From Hydrolagus affinis (taxonomy: Eukaryota), in assembly GCA_012026655.1 (NCBI GenBank), contig JAAILG010001144.1, forward strand, positions 1-64,000: a DNA stretch of 64,000 bases, read 5' to 3'. Shown here piece by piece: positions 21,301-33,300 of this stretch. The notes beneath the pieces were generated by a model, which was given only the letters and a program-made list of their open reading frames with translations, ran no database searches and was not told where the DNA came from. The position numbers were made by a program, and so were the translations under genes. Position 1 is the stretch's first letter; the number at the start of each line of letters is the position of its first letter.

Positions 21301-24300
21301 GGGGGGGGGGGCTATATAAATGCAAGTTGTTGCCGCCTTAGATTTCCTGCAAAAAGTGGTGGGGGAAAACACAAAATGAACACTTTAGATATTTTCTGTA
21401 TTTGTATAATGCACCAACTGCAATAGAAGCTTACTTGGCTTCTTCCATTGACGTCACTTCATCAATAGGTCCATTCAAAGTGTCTTTTGCCTGAGATTTT
21501 ATACTCTCTTCAGAAGGCTTCAAGCTGTTGATAAAATGGTTTCCGTAAGTGTGGAGACTAAATAGCAGCGTGAAAGTGACCCATTCTTCCTACAATAACA
21601 TCCATTGTTTACAGATATTGAAAACTTCTATCCTAGAAACCAAAAACTTTTACACACAGTAAATCCTATTAAACCTAATTGAGGAAAAATGCCTTCCTTT
21701 GGTGCTCATGGATGGCATTCACTACTTACACAAAATTCAAGAATCATGAGGACATGTAAGCAAACAATGTAGAAGAAGCAAAGTGAACCAGCCCATTTAA
21801 TGGCTCTATAGTCGTCTGAAGCTACTTGAGTATTTGTTCAGTGTAAGTATGGTTGTGTTAATCATTTGGTTCCTAAAAAAATGCTCTGAGGTTCCTTTGC
21901 ATTATTCACATAGTTTTAGAAACGAGTCAGAAGCTGGATTCCATTTGGAATCTTAAATCTGATAAATTGGATGGTTTGTTAGACAGGTAGTGTTCAATTC
22001 AAACCCCATTTTATCAGGTTCTGACAATGCAGACAAACAAATCAATAGACTTACCCATCTTCTTGATAATCATTAGGTGGCAGTGATGTTGGAGTCACCT
22101 TTGAAGCTTCTAAACTTTCTGGCAGCACATATTTTAAAGACACATCTTCAGAGGTATACAGGTTTACTTCCTCACTAAAGAGAAAAATGGGAGCAATTGA
22201 TTCTCTGAAAATGTTGATCAAACAGCTGAAAATGTTGATCAAACAGCTGAAAATGTTTCACGGTGATGATATAATGTGAGTCCTACCACATAACCATTAT
22301 GAAACTCACTCTCCACTCATGCAATATGTGCATATCTTCACATGCAAATGGAAATACTGTTAACGATGGGGTGAATAGACATGAAGCCTTGCAAGCAGGT
22401 ATTACATTTCAAATCAGTGCATGTAATGAAACATTTGGTATTTTACCTTGGGAGTCATGCAATAAATGTGAAAAGAAACTGATTACTTTTTGCAGATTGT
22501 GTAAATAGTGTACATTTAATTTATCCTGAATTGTAGTACATACCGATAGGATTTCAACACTCTGAAGCCACAAGCACGAGAGAAAGAGAAAGGAAGCTTA
22601 AATTGTGAAAGAAAGATTCCAGCTCAATATGACCTTGCTTGATTTAAGAAAAAAACAATGCACTTAATAGGTGCTGTGCATGAAAAACATCTGGTACATT
22701 TCCATTACTATGAAACGTGCCACTTTCTAAACTTTAGAAAAACAACTTAACCAAGGTTCAAGAAAAATATCAGAAATAGATTCAAATGTTTCATTACTTT
22801 TAAATTGAATAAATTCATGTAACTGTCCTAAAATAGACTTTTAACTGCATTTGTGGTAGGTAGGTAGGTGGCAAATATAACTGGTTAGCAAGACTCTTAG
22901 CATTCCTTGGATTGGGTTAAGAAACTAACAGGAGGCAAAGCACCCCTTTTCAAGTAAGCCTGCTTCTGGTCACCAAAGCACCTTATTTTTTTTAAAAAAA
23001 AGTGTTTTAACAAATAATTTCTAGCCACAAGGACAAGTTTTATCTTTATTGTTTAATATTTGTAACACTTGTCTCACAAGTGAGAGACCTGGGTTCACAT
23101 CTAGACAGGGTGAAACCTTGGGCAAGTTTCCTTACTCACACACCTGATAATAATCCTTCAAAAAAAAATTATTTCAACCCACAACTGTTTGTGGGACATT
23201 GCTGTATGCAATTGGCTGCTGCATTTCGCCCACAAATATACAGTCAATTAATTTCACAGTATATACCATAAAGTGCTTTGAGACGTCTAGAAGACATGGA
23301 CAGCGCTACACCAAATGCACAGATTATTATATTATTTGTTTTCTGAGCTCAATTGGCTATAAAGGCCTAATCCCAGTCTCCTCGTGTATAACATTTTCCA
23401 TTAGAACTCATTTCTTGCATAAACATAGCTGTTTTTCCTAGGCGCAGTTTGTAGTGTACTGCTGTTTTGGTCCAAGGCATAAATATTGAAAGTTAAACCA
23501 TATTCCAAAACTCATGAATGTTCAATCCAAGTAACATTTTGGCTTTCAGACACAATCTGTGAACTTCGTATGTGAGGGTCTTGCATTCTATATTTGCTGC
23601 AGAAACCTATCGATTGTACATGCTAATGTACCAATATTTGGAAAATCTTCAGCGACATCAAATTTTAGAGTCATGAAGCGCAAACTACCAATTAGCAATG
23701 TACTTGGAATCCTTCCAAGCCCATTCATTTCTTGTCAACTTCAAAATCATATTCCATTTGATTCAGACATTTGCTGTTGATTTGTAAACTGACCTGCTTT
23801 ACAGTGAAGCCTCTGGGGTGTCAGAAACCTGAAGCAGAAGAGATTTCCTAACCTATTTCTGCTATAGCTGCAGAACCACATGTATCACTGTGGAACAATG
23901 ACACCTCTTAATGGACTGCAAATATTTGATGTAAACTATAAAATCTAGTGAAAGTGAAAGGAACAACAAGAAAATACAAGACAACAAATTGTAAAGATTC
24001 AAGTTCGGGAACAGAGCAGCTTTCAACTTATTTGCTGATTCATCAAATTTACCTTTCTGTAAATGCATCCGGACAAAAATAACACATTTGCAAATCAGTC
24101 TCACCCACTCACCCACTGCATTAACTATCAATTGTGGAACAGACTGTCATGGTAACTCTCAAGAATTGTGCAAACTACATCAAGAATCTGATTAAAAATC
24201 TGTTAAATCCAATTTAATGCTGCAGCAATGAGTTGATAATAAGTGAATAATGCAAATTGTTTAAAAATGCACAAAACAAATAATAACCTTTCATTTGATA

Positions 24301-27300
24301 TTGCACTTCATCACGTCTTCGAGGCGCCTGAAAGCATTTTACAGAATATACTGCAAAGTGAATTGACTGTATATTTTGTGGACGAAATGTGGCAGTGCAT
24401 ACAACAGTGCCCACAAACAGTTGCGCATTGTGTGACCAAATTATTAACTTTTTTTGAAGGAATTAAGGATAAACATTCAGCATTATGGCTTATTTAAGTG
24501 CATTCAACCTACCTTTTAAACACAGCAGTTTCAGTTTTGGCATCTACGGTAAGGCTGACTGTCTCTTTCATGGAACCATTGCTAACGGTCTCTGTTATTT
24601 GGTCTGTAGTCACTTCCTCTTCTCCATCAGATGAGTTGGCCTCTGTGTTTGACATGGCTGGCACTGCTTTGGGTTTTTTGCAGGCAACCTGTGAGCTCTC
24701 AACAAAACCTGCATAGTTTGAAGCGTAGAGTTAGATTTGTTGAGCTCCCCAACCAGTCATTTAGAATAGGGATCACATTCTCAAAATTTGCTTGTTTTCA
24801 GTCCATCACTACATACAAGGTATAATGTATAACAAATTATAAACACTATGGTTTACAATTTGTAGGTCTAGTTTGAAATGGTCTACTGTTTACAATGACA
24901 GGACACACTTTAAAAATATATTAACACTCAATATTACAATGGATATTGTCATTCACTGAAGAAACATACCAGGTTCAAAATATTGACATAATGGAAAAGA
25001 TGCTTTGAAAATACTAACTTGGATTAAGGTTAGGTTCAACAATACAATGTTGCATTCATCAAAATACTTTCTTCCAAATAACCTGTAGCTTTTTTTGAGT
25101 TATTAAAAGTTACAAATGCTAAGATTCAACATTGTCAATTTTAGTCACATAGCCCTTACCTTAAAAAAATTCAAAAGCAATGACTGATAATTTTCATTAT
25201 GTATATGTAATAGCAAAATGAGGAAAGGTATTGTACACAAATGTGATCTTTTACCACAGTATGTTGTACCAAACATATGAACTGAAAAAAATTAAGATAA
25301 ATTTATACCATCACAATCTATATAATCCATTATGGTACATGTTTCAAATAAGATCAAATGGAAAGCATCAGAAAGGAATCGGGTCCATTTTTACAAACAT
25401 TGAACTATCTACTTCACTATTTTATAAAAAATATTATTTCTATGATGAACAAGGATTCAATAGATTAACCTTACCTTCAGTATGTGTTGCACTATTACTA
25501 CTATGAAGATCCGCTGGGTCAGAACATGTTTCCATAGCAATTGGAGAGCTACTTCTTAATGGGTCCTTTGTTGAACTGAAAAGAAAACATTTCATTTAAC
25601 ATTATTAATATTGTAGCATATTAATTAATAAACTATATACACTTTTAGACCTTTAAACTGAACAAATCAGTTTTATAAGATGAATCACATATGCTGAGAC
25701 AATGCATTATTAATGCTGTAGTCATCTATTATCACAAGAGAGGTTCTGCCCATCAGATCGTTCCAGAATACTAATTCCACATTCTTAGCAGTACAGCACT
25801 TAGCAGTAGCTAAGTGACAAATTAACAGTTTCATCTTCTAGGGTCTTTCATCCAACACTACTGGTAGGCAGTAATCCAACACCACTGTGTTAATCGGTGG
25901 CTATGGGAACTCTTTGTCTCATCTGAAGCAATAGTTTTGATCCAAGACCCTATCCAAAACATTAACAAATGTTTTAGGCATTTAGTTGGCTGTCGATAGA
26001 TATCACTTTCTGGTTTTAGATACAGAAAAATGGGCAAGGTCAGCTTACTGAAACCACAGGTTCAAGGCCACAAACTTGTCAAAGCTGACAGTATTTCCAC
26101 ACGATTGCAAGATTACAAGAACAGTGTCTGGATGTTACTCACCCCAAATTCTAAATGGCGAATAAGCAAATAGAATATTTAATAAAATGGATAGATTGAC
26201 TTTTTTTGACAAGTGGAATTTATCGTGATACCTTAGTGGAGATGAAAAATCAGAAAAGGTGGCCCATCCTGTTTCTTGACATTCTGAATCCCCAGAGCTC
26301 CACGCTGTAGTTTCAGTAGATCCCACAGCAGTCACATTTGCAGTTTCCATAGGCACTTCGAAGTTTGCTGTCCATCCTGGGGCTGCTGGAACAATTAATC
26401 AAATATTTATTTTTCTCTAACTAATTATTTATAGTAATCACAATGCTTTGTAGTAATCGGAAGAAAAATCTGCCTAGCTCATCATCTGGATTGCCAATTG
26501 AAGGGATCTTATTATTTTCATCTATGTTGGTGCCCAGCCAGAAGTATCAATACACTTTGAGACATCCTTCCAGTATGAAAGATGCTATATAAATGTGAAT
26601 TGGATCGTGCAGCACAGCACGGATGTCATTGCCATTTCTCTGCCCCAAATTTGCTTATGAACCTACTTAAAGGTGTGTGAAAGTACACGATCACAGGAAC
26701 GATTAAAGTCAAACCTAAAAGTTACGCAACATTCCCTCGATTGTTAACACAAGCCTAATACTAAACTCAAATGTTCACAACTGCCTCGTTGGGATGACCA
26801 GTTCGCATTTTAATCATGGTTTCTACAAAAGGATATAAAGTTAGTGAGAATACCTCCATTTTATCTTGGCAAACTGCATCCAAACACAGCGTAAACAAAC
26901 TGGATGAATGTTACCTTTTGTAGGCTGAGGCTTAAGTAAAAAAATCATTTTAAGCAGTCAAAACCCAAACCTCAGGATACACAGCATAAAAATATAAAGA
27001 TGCAAAAGGCACCAACATGGAAGATTTGATATAGAGAAAATAAGATTCTTCCAATAGACTGAGTTTAAAAGAGTTTCATTAAAACACGAGTGGAACTATT
27101 AAATTTGTATAGATGCTGCAGCTATTTTCAACATGCATGTGTGAAGTTGACTAGTTCATGCTCTGTGCATTGTTACTGTGCCAAAAAATGCCATTAGAAT
27201 TTAACCACTTGCCATCATTTGTGTCCACCTCCATTCGGTCATCTGGATTGACGCTACTAGACTCAAATGCACCATCCTGTTTCTCCCCATCCTCCTCTTC

Positions 27301-30300
27301 AGAATCCGTGCTTTCCTCACTGTCTGTACTACCTGAACTTCTGTACAAAAAGTAAACAAGGGATTCAGTAACTTATCCATCATTTGCAATAGCTATTTCT
27401 GAAAATTGGACAAAGATAGATTTGAAACTTTTAACTCAAAATTAGCCAATCCAGAGAAAGGGAAAGAAGGCCAGACTCCCACAAACAAACCATCGGAACT
27501 GGGAAACATGGACAACCTGAGGACAAGAGCGCAAGTGGGAGCTAAATGCAATGTGCACAAAGGGGGAAATGAGTAGCAAAAGATGAGGAGTGAAAGCACA
27601 CAATAGGAGACAGGATATGATGGGGAATGATGAGCCTAAGTATCAAAGATTTAGCTTTTGAAACACAATCACATAAATATTCAAGAAAATTGGTAAACAA
27701 TGCAAAATATTCACAAATTTTGAGTTACCAATCAAATTACCTGTGTCGAATTTGTGCGTCCGGTGCAAAAGTTACATCTTTTTCATCCCAAATGTCCTCT
27801 TCATCAGAACCACTGTCATCAAATTGCTGAATTCTCTCTTTACAGCACGCCTCAAAAAGCGCCACACTAGCCTGTGACAAAATATATTAGCCTGAACCAA
27901 GCAATTAATAGTTCCAAACAGTTGAAAATCAGCTGCAACCATTTAAGACTGAGCTCTAAAACAGCAGTAATGTGAAAGGTACACTGATCTTCATTACTTG
28001 TGAAATAAACTTGAACTGATCACTTTACACAAATGGAAGCAATAGGTTGAAACTAGATGTGATTAAATGAAGTTGTAGCACATTTAATAAGACAATGCAA
28101 CAACAACCAACAGGGTTGGTCATAAATGTTCTTGCTTAGTGATGGACATGATTAATCTGTAGAAGTAACAAGCAAACTTTGCACATTTAGTTCTTTGACT
28201 TGTGCTGTACTCCAAACAAGCAGTACAGTAAATACAATAGCCACTGGTGTTCCCATTCTAGCACAAAACGATCAAACAGTGATCATCTAAAATTTAGCAC
28301 AATTTGAATTTTATTTAGGAATCTCATTTTGTGTTACTGCTGAAGTGAAGCACACTATATGTGTCTTTCGGTAAAATTATATAAAATGTTGATGTTATAT
28401 GCATTTACACAACATTGAAATTAGCTTTTATTAAAATTCCATTAAAGTCACAAATGGCACGACTCCCAAAATCACCTCCTGGCGGGACTCCAGCCAAATG
28501 CATGGTAGCTCAAATACCCTTCGCACCCCCTATTTATATTACATATTTTCTAGAGAAGCACCGAAGACTGCCAAATAAGCAGGATAAATGTAAGATTGCA
28601 CATTTTGGGAATGGAATTAAGTTTAATTGAATAGCATAAATCTGTGACAATACTCCAAAATTTCAAAAAATACTTACACTCTCGTTTGTATTCAATGAAA
28701 AGTTGATGTCAGTAATTCTATCAAAGGAAGCACTGAAAAACGATTCAAAATGTTTAAGGATTGCAATCAAGACTAAATAGATTTTCAACAAGATGCAAAT
28801 TAAGCAAGGCTTAGCAAATTGTCATTGCAACATACGTCTCCCATTAGTTTCAGCACTCAATTCCATTAAAGTATTGAGAAAATAAATTTCAGTCAAGTTT
28901 GAAGCTTTGCCAAAATAAGCACACAAAAATTGCAATCAAGCCACGTTCAGACAATCATCGCAAATCAACTATATAAGTTCAGTTTCATTTTACACAATTG
29001 CACTTTACACATTGCTCATAGTTTACAACAGTTTGCCTTGTTTGCCACAAAAATAGGTTCTCTACTGACGAGGAAAGTACATGAGAATAGCATACGAACA
29101 GCAATGCAACATGGAATAGGCATTAACCCTTCAAGGATTAAGATTTTATCATTGCACCTAGATTTATTAATTGGACTTTTGGGTGCCACAATTAAAGAGA
29201 GCAGTATCCGTAGTATTGCTGGTCTCTTTCTCACTAAAGCTCAACAGCTTTAAGAAATATCCGTTTTCAAAAGCATACAGATTCCAATTACCCTTGGATT
29301 CTGAAAGCATGGAAAGGAATATCTAAGTGACAATTAAAAGTTATGATATTTTGGAGCAGTGAGGGAATTGTTTAATAATTTTCTTGTAAAAGTAACTCAC
29401 TATTTTTTTCTTAATGAGGCAGGTTTCAAATTTCCTTATTCAGTTATCTGAATTGTTTACTTTTGTGAAATAAATACTCCTACCACAGAGCATTCTCTTA
29501 TCATAGAGGACAAAGAACATAAATGCAAAATTCTAAATATCTCACGAGAAACACGATTGAATTGTCAGGCACAAGAGTTCAAATAGATTAATAATGTACA
29601 ACATGCTAGATAAAGCGTTATATTACAATTCCCAAAAGAGAAAAATATACCAGCACCAACGCAGTTTGAAAATAGGTTTAAGATGTAGGGTTATTGTAGA
29701 AAGCAGTGCATGAAAGGAGGGCGAAAATAAATTGAAGGATAGTAACAATTTGACACCAATTATATGTTGCAATCAGCATAATTATTCCGAATTCCTCCAC
29801 CATTTAATGGTGATGTATACAGACCCATGGATCACCACCATGTCCAAGTCATACTTACTTCACGATATCCTCCTGATCAGCAAACTCCTCATCGTTGAAG
29901 CCGAACTGGTCAATAAAATTGGACGTCATTTGTTGCATCTGATAATCAGAAAAGGCCTGGCAAACCCAGGACCAATGACAGTGATATAATCTTGATACTC
30001 CAGTCGTGTTGGGAAATTCACTTAAAAAGGGACCCACGATCCTTCAGAAACAGCATTAAATTCAAAGAGCTCAGCTTTAAACAAATTTCAACAGCTGTAA
30101 ATTAGAAAATTTGCCAACTTGAAAACTGCAAAGAAACAATCACTGAATAATTTTTAAAAAAATTTAAATCTATTCTACACTGGTACCACAACTCAATTTG
30201 GAGGTCAAATCAGCGATTAAAGGTCTTTTGCAAATATAAATTAATATTTAAGCCTAAACCAATTTAAGAGCATCAATATTTAATGAACATTTCGAAGAGT

Positions 30301-33300
30301 GCACTCACATATTTTAAAACAAATTAATATCAAAGTGAAACAAATAAGTACTTTTAAAGTTTATTGCTACCTTTGGGAGCAAATCAGAAAACAAAAATAA
30401 ATTACTTCAAATACAAAATACAAATTTTTATTAGTTCTGAGTTATTTTTCTCCCTGATTAACCAAATTGAAGGAATGGCAAGTTTTAATCTAAAACAGCC
30501 ATCCAAATAAATGTAACAATAAGGATCAGATACCCTAGTTTAGATGGTATACTCATGCAGTTTACCAAGTCTATTACTGTCTATTTTCTAATAAATCCAC
30601 AGACTGCAGTTTTCATTTTGTGCAATGGTGTCAGATTCCATGACCTGAGCTTCAGTTAGCTTTGAAAATCTCAGATTCTTTCAACCTTTACAGCAACAGA
30701 AACTCATTTAAAACACGACTGTTCCATTTACTACGAAGGACGAGTTCCCTTTTAAGTTTTTTTTCTAAAAAACACACTTTTTGTGCATGTTAAATCTGAA
30801 ATCAGAAATCAACAATGCTGTGTGCAAAATATCTGAACAGCACAGCCATGAAATGATCAATGCCATTATTGTGAACTACACAATTATACCACTGTGCCAA
30901 ATACTGAATTGATCACCATTTTGGCCAACAGGTTTGGGTCTCAAGTCATTGCTAACTAATTTGAATTCCTATCACAGAGATTTTTGTTTAAAAATATAAG
31001 TGCAATTTATTTGCCCACATTTTCATTTGAAAACTGATAAAGGTTTTCAATTACTAAAGCATTATGTTTCTCTGCATTTCTTCCTGCACCTGATCAATTT
31101 TTCTCACTTCTGCCAAGAAAGACCAGCAGATTGTCAATCTGACTCTTTTCATAAACTTTAATTCTTCAAATTTCAATCCAAAAAGACTGTCTAGCTTGGC
31201 TTTACCATCTTGTCACCATTCATAATAACCCTTGCATTTGAAATAGTGCCTTATCAAGTCTTTGAGGCATCTCAAGGTGCTTCACAGAAAAAACTAGTGA
31301 ATGGACTGCATTTTGTGGGTGAAACGTAGCAGCCAATTGCACACACAGTGACCCACAAACAGCTGTGGAGTGACCAAATTATAACAACAACAACTTCAAT
31401 TTATGTAGCACCCTCCACATCGGACGGCGTCTCAGAGCGCTTCACAATAGTGGATCCCGGGACTGAGCCAGGGGCAGGGGTAGAAAGGTGACCAAAGGCG
31501 TGATCAAAGAGAAAGCTGGGACCTGAAACTGGGAAAAGAGGGGGCGAGGTGAAGGGAGTGAGGAAGGGAATTCCAGAGCTTCGAGGCATAGTGGCTGAAG
31601 GCAAGGCTGCCGAGGGTGGAGCTGAGGATTCGGGGGACATAGGAGGAGGCCAGACCTGGTGGAGCGAAGGCAACTGATGCTGGTTTGAGGAGAGGTCAGA
31701 GAGGTAGGAGGCGCAGAGGAGCAGAGGGATTTGAAGACCAGGGTGAGGATCTTGAAATCGATCCTCTCGGGGACAGGGAGTCAGTGGAGGCTGGCAAGGA
31801 CTGGGGTAATGAGGGAGCGAAGTTTGGTGTGGGTGAGAACGTGGGAGGCAAATTATTATTTTTAAAATATATTTGTTTTTAAGTGATTATTACCCCACCC
31901 CCACCAGAAATGTGATCTGCCAATCGACTAATAACCGAGTTCCTACTTACTGCTAAGTAAAAAGGGGCATGTGGAGACTTTTTCAACATTTTGCCCTGAT
32001 CAGGAATCAAATCTAGGTACTCTCACATGCAAGGCGACTGCTCTAACCATTCAGGACTCTGATTTCAGACACTAATGAATTGAAGTTATTTTAAAACCTC
32101 TACTGTGATCATAGAACCATCCTAAATTATTCTTCCAACAATGATTCATATCCCCAAAACAAAAAGCATGGGACATGTTTTAGTTCTACTTTCTGCATAT
32201 TATTTTTTAAAAGTGCAACAAGTCTCACCAAAATGTTGGAAGATACAAATGATATTTTATGGGCAAATAACGTACCAGTTAATATTTTCAAACAAAAATA
32301 TTTTATGCATTGTCAACTTTTTTATCTAAAAGTGTGTAAAAAAAAAGTAGTTTTGATCATTGTACAAATGAAACAATTGTAGTTTGTCATTTAGTGAAAT
32401 ATATACAGTACTTACTTGCTGTAACCCTGAGTCCTGAGCAAATCCCTGCTCCTTAAAATCAACTTCATCATCGCTGGATGAATGTATGTTGTGTGTGCTA
32501 ACCTAGAATATAATTTACAAGATGAAACCATTGAAAACACTAGATTCACAAACAAATCAAAGAAGTTTAGGTTTCCTTTATTATTAGTATCTTGAGGCAA
32601 TTTACTCAACATGACCTGTTAAATCTCTGGAAATATTTATCTTTAAAAAAAATTGCGATACCAAACCTATGAGGTTTCATCCAAATTATATTCAAATTAC
32701 TTAACGATTCAGCACTTCCGATTTTTCCTCAATATCACCTCCTCTCAACAGGTAGTTTCATCCCGAGTATGAAAGAAATAATTGTACCCAGACCAAGTGG
32801 TTCTTGCATTTCAAACCATTAACCGCTGCCTTTTTTTAAAAAAACTCACACCACAAGACTGTAACATAACCATGTGAAAGTATACTATATAGAAAGTTAG
32901 ACGAATGAACAGAAAACTTGGCAACCCCAGACTCAGGTTGCAAAACTCTCCAGGACTCTGCTGCAACTAACTAATTAAAAGAGACACTATTTACATTCCA
33001 GTAAGGAATAGCAGGTCCAATCTGAGTTGCATATTTATGTCTGAAATGTATAAATTTCTACTTTCAATATCCGGATTTCACTTATACCCAAACTTACCAG
33101 ATCTACAGTATTCTTCTTGTTGATTTCTGCCAATGAATTGGCTGTGAATGTCTCCCACCTTTCCCTGCAGTCATCAGGAATATCTGAGAATACAAACAGT
33201 TTTGGAAACACTGTAAAGTGTTCAAAAAATCAGGCATATACATTTATGAAGCATACTCAATATTAGGATAAAGCTCAGAAATAAAAACTATTCTTACTCC

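Noticed and set aside
20932-21372. 146-aa minus-strand ORF
   Set aside because: It is a read-through of a SINE; similar peptides recur at every copy.
22205-22257. Short direct repeats as a CRISPR-like array (also 34503-34547)
   Set aside because: They are head-to-tail tandem copies with no spacers, in a eukaryotic intron.
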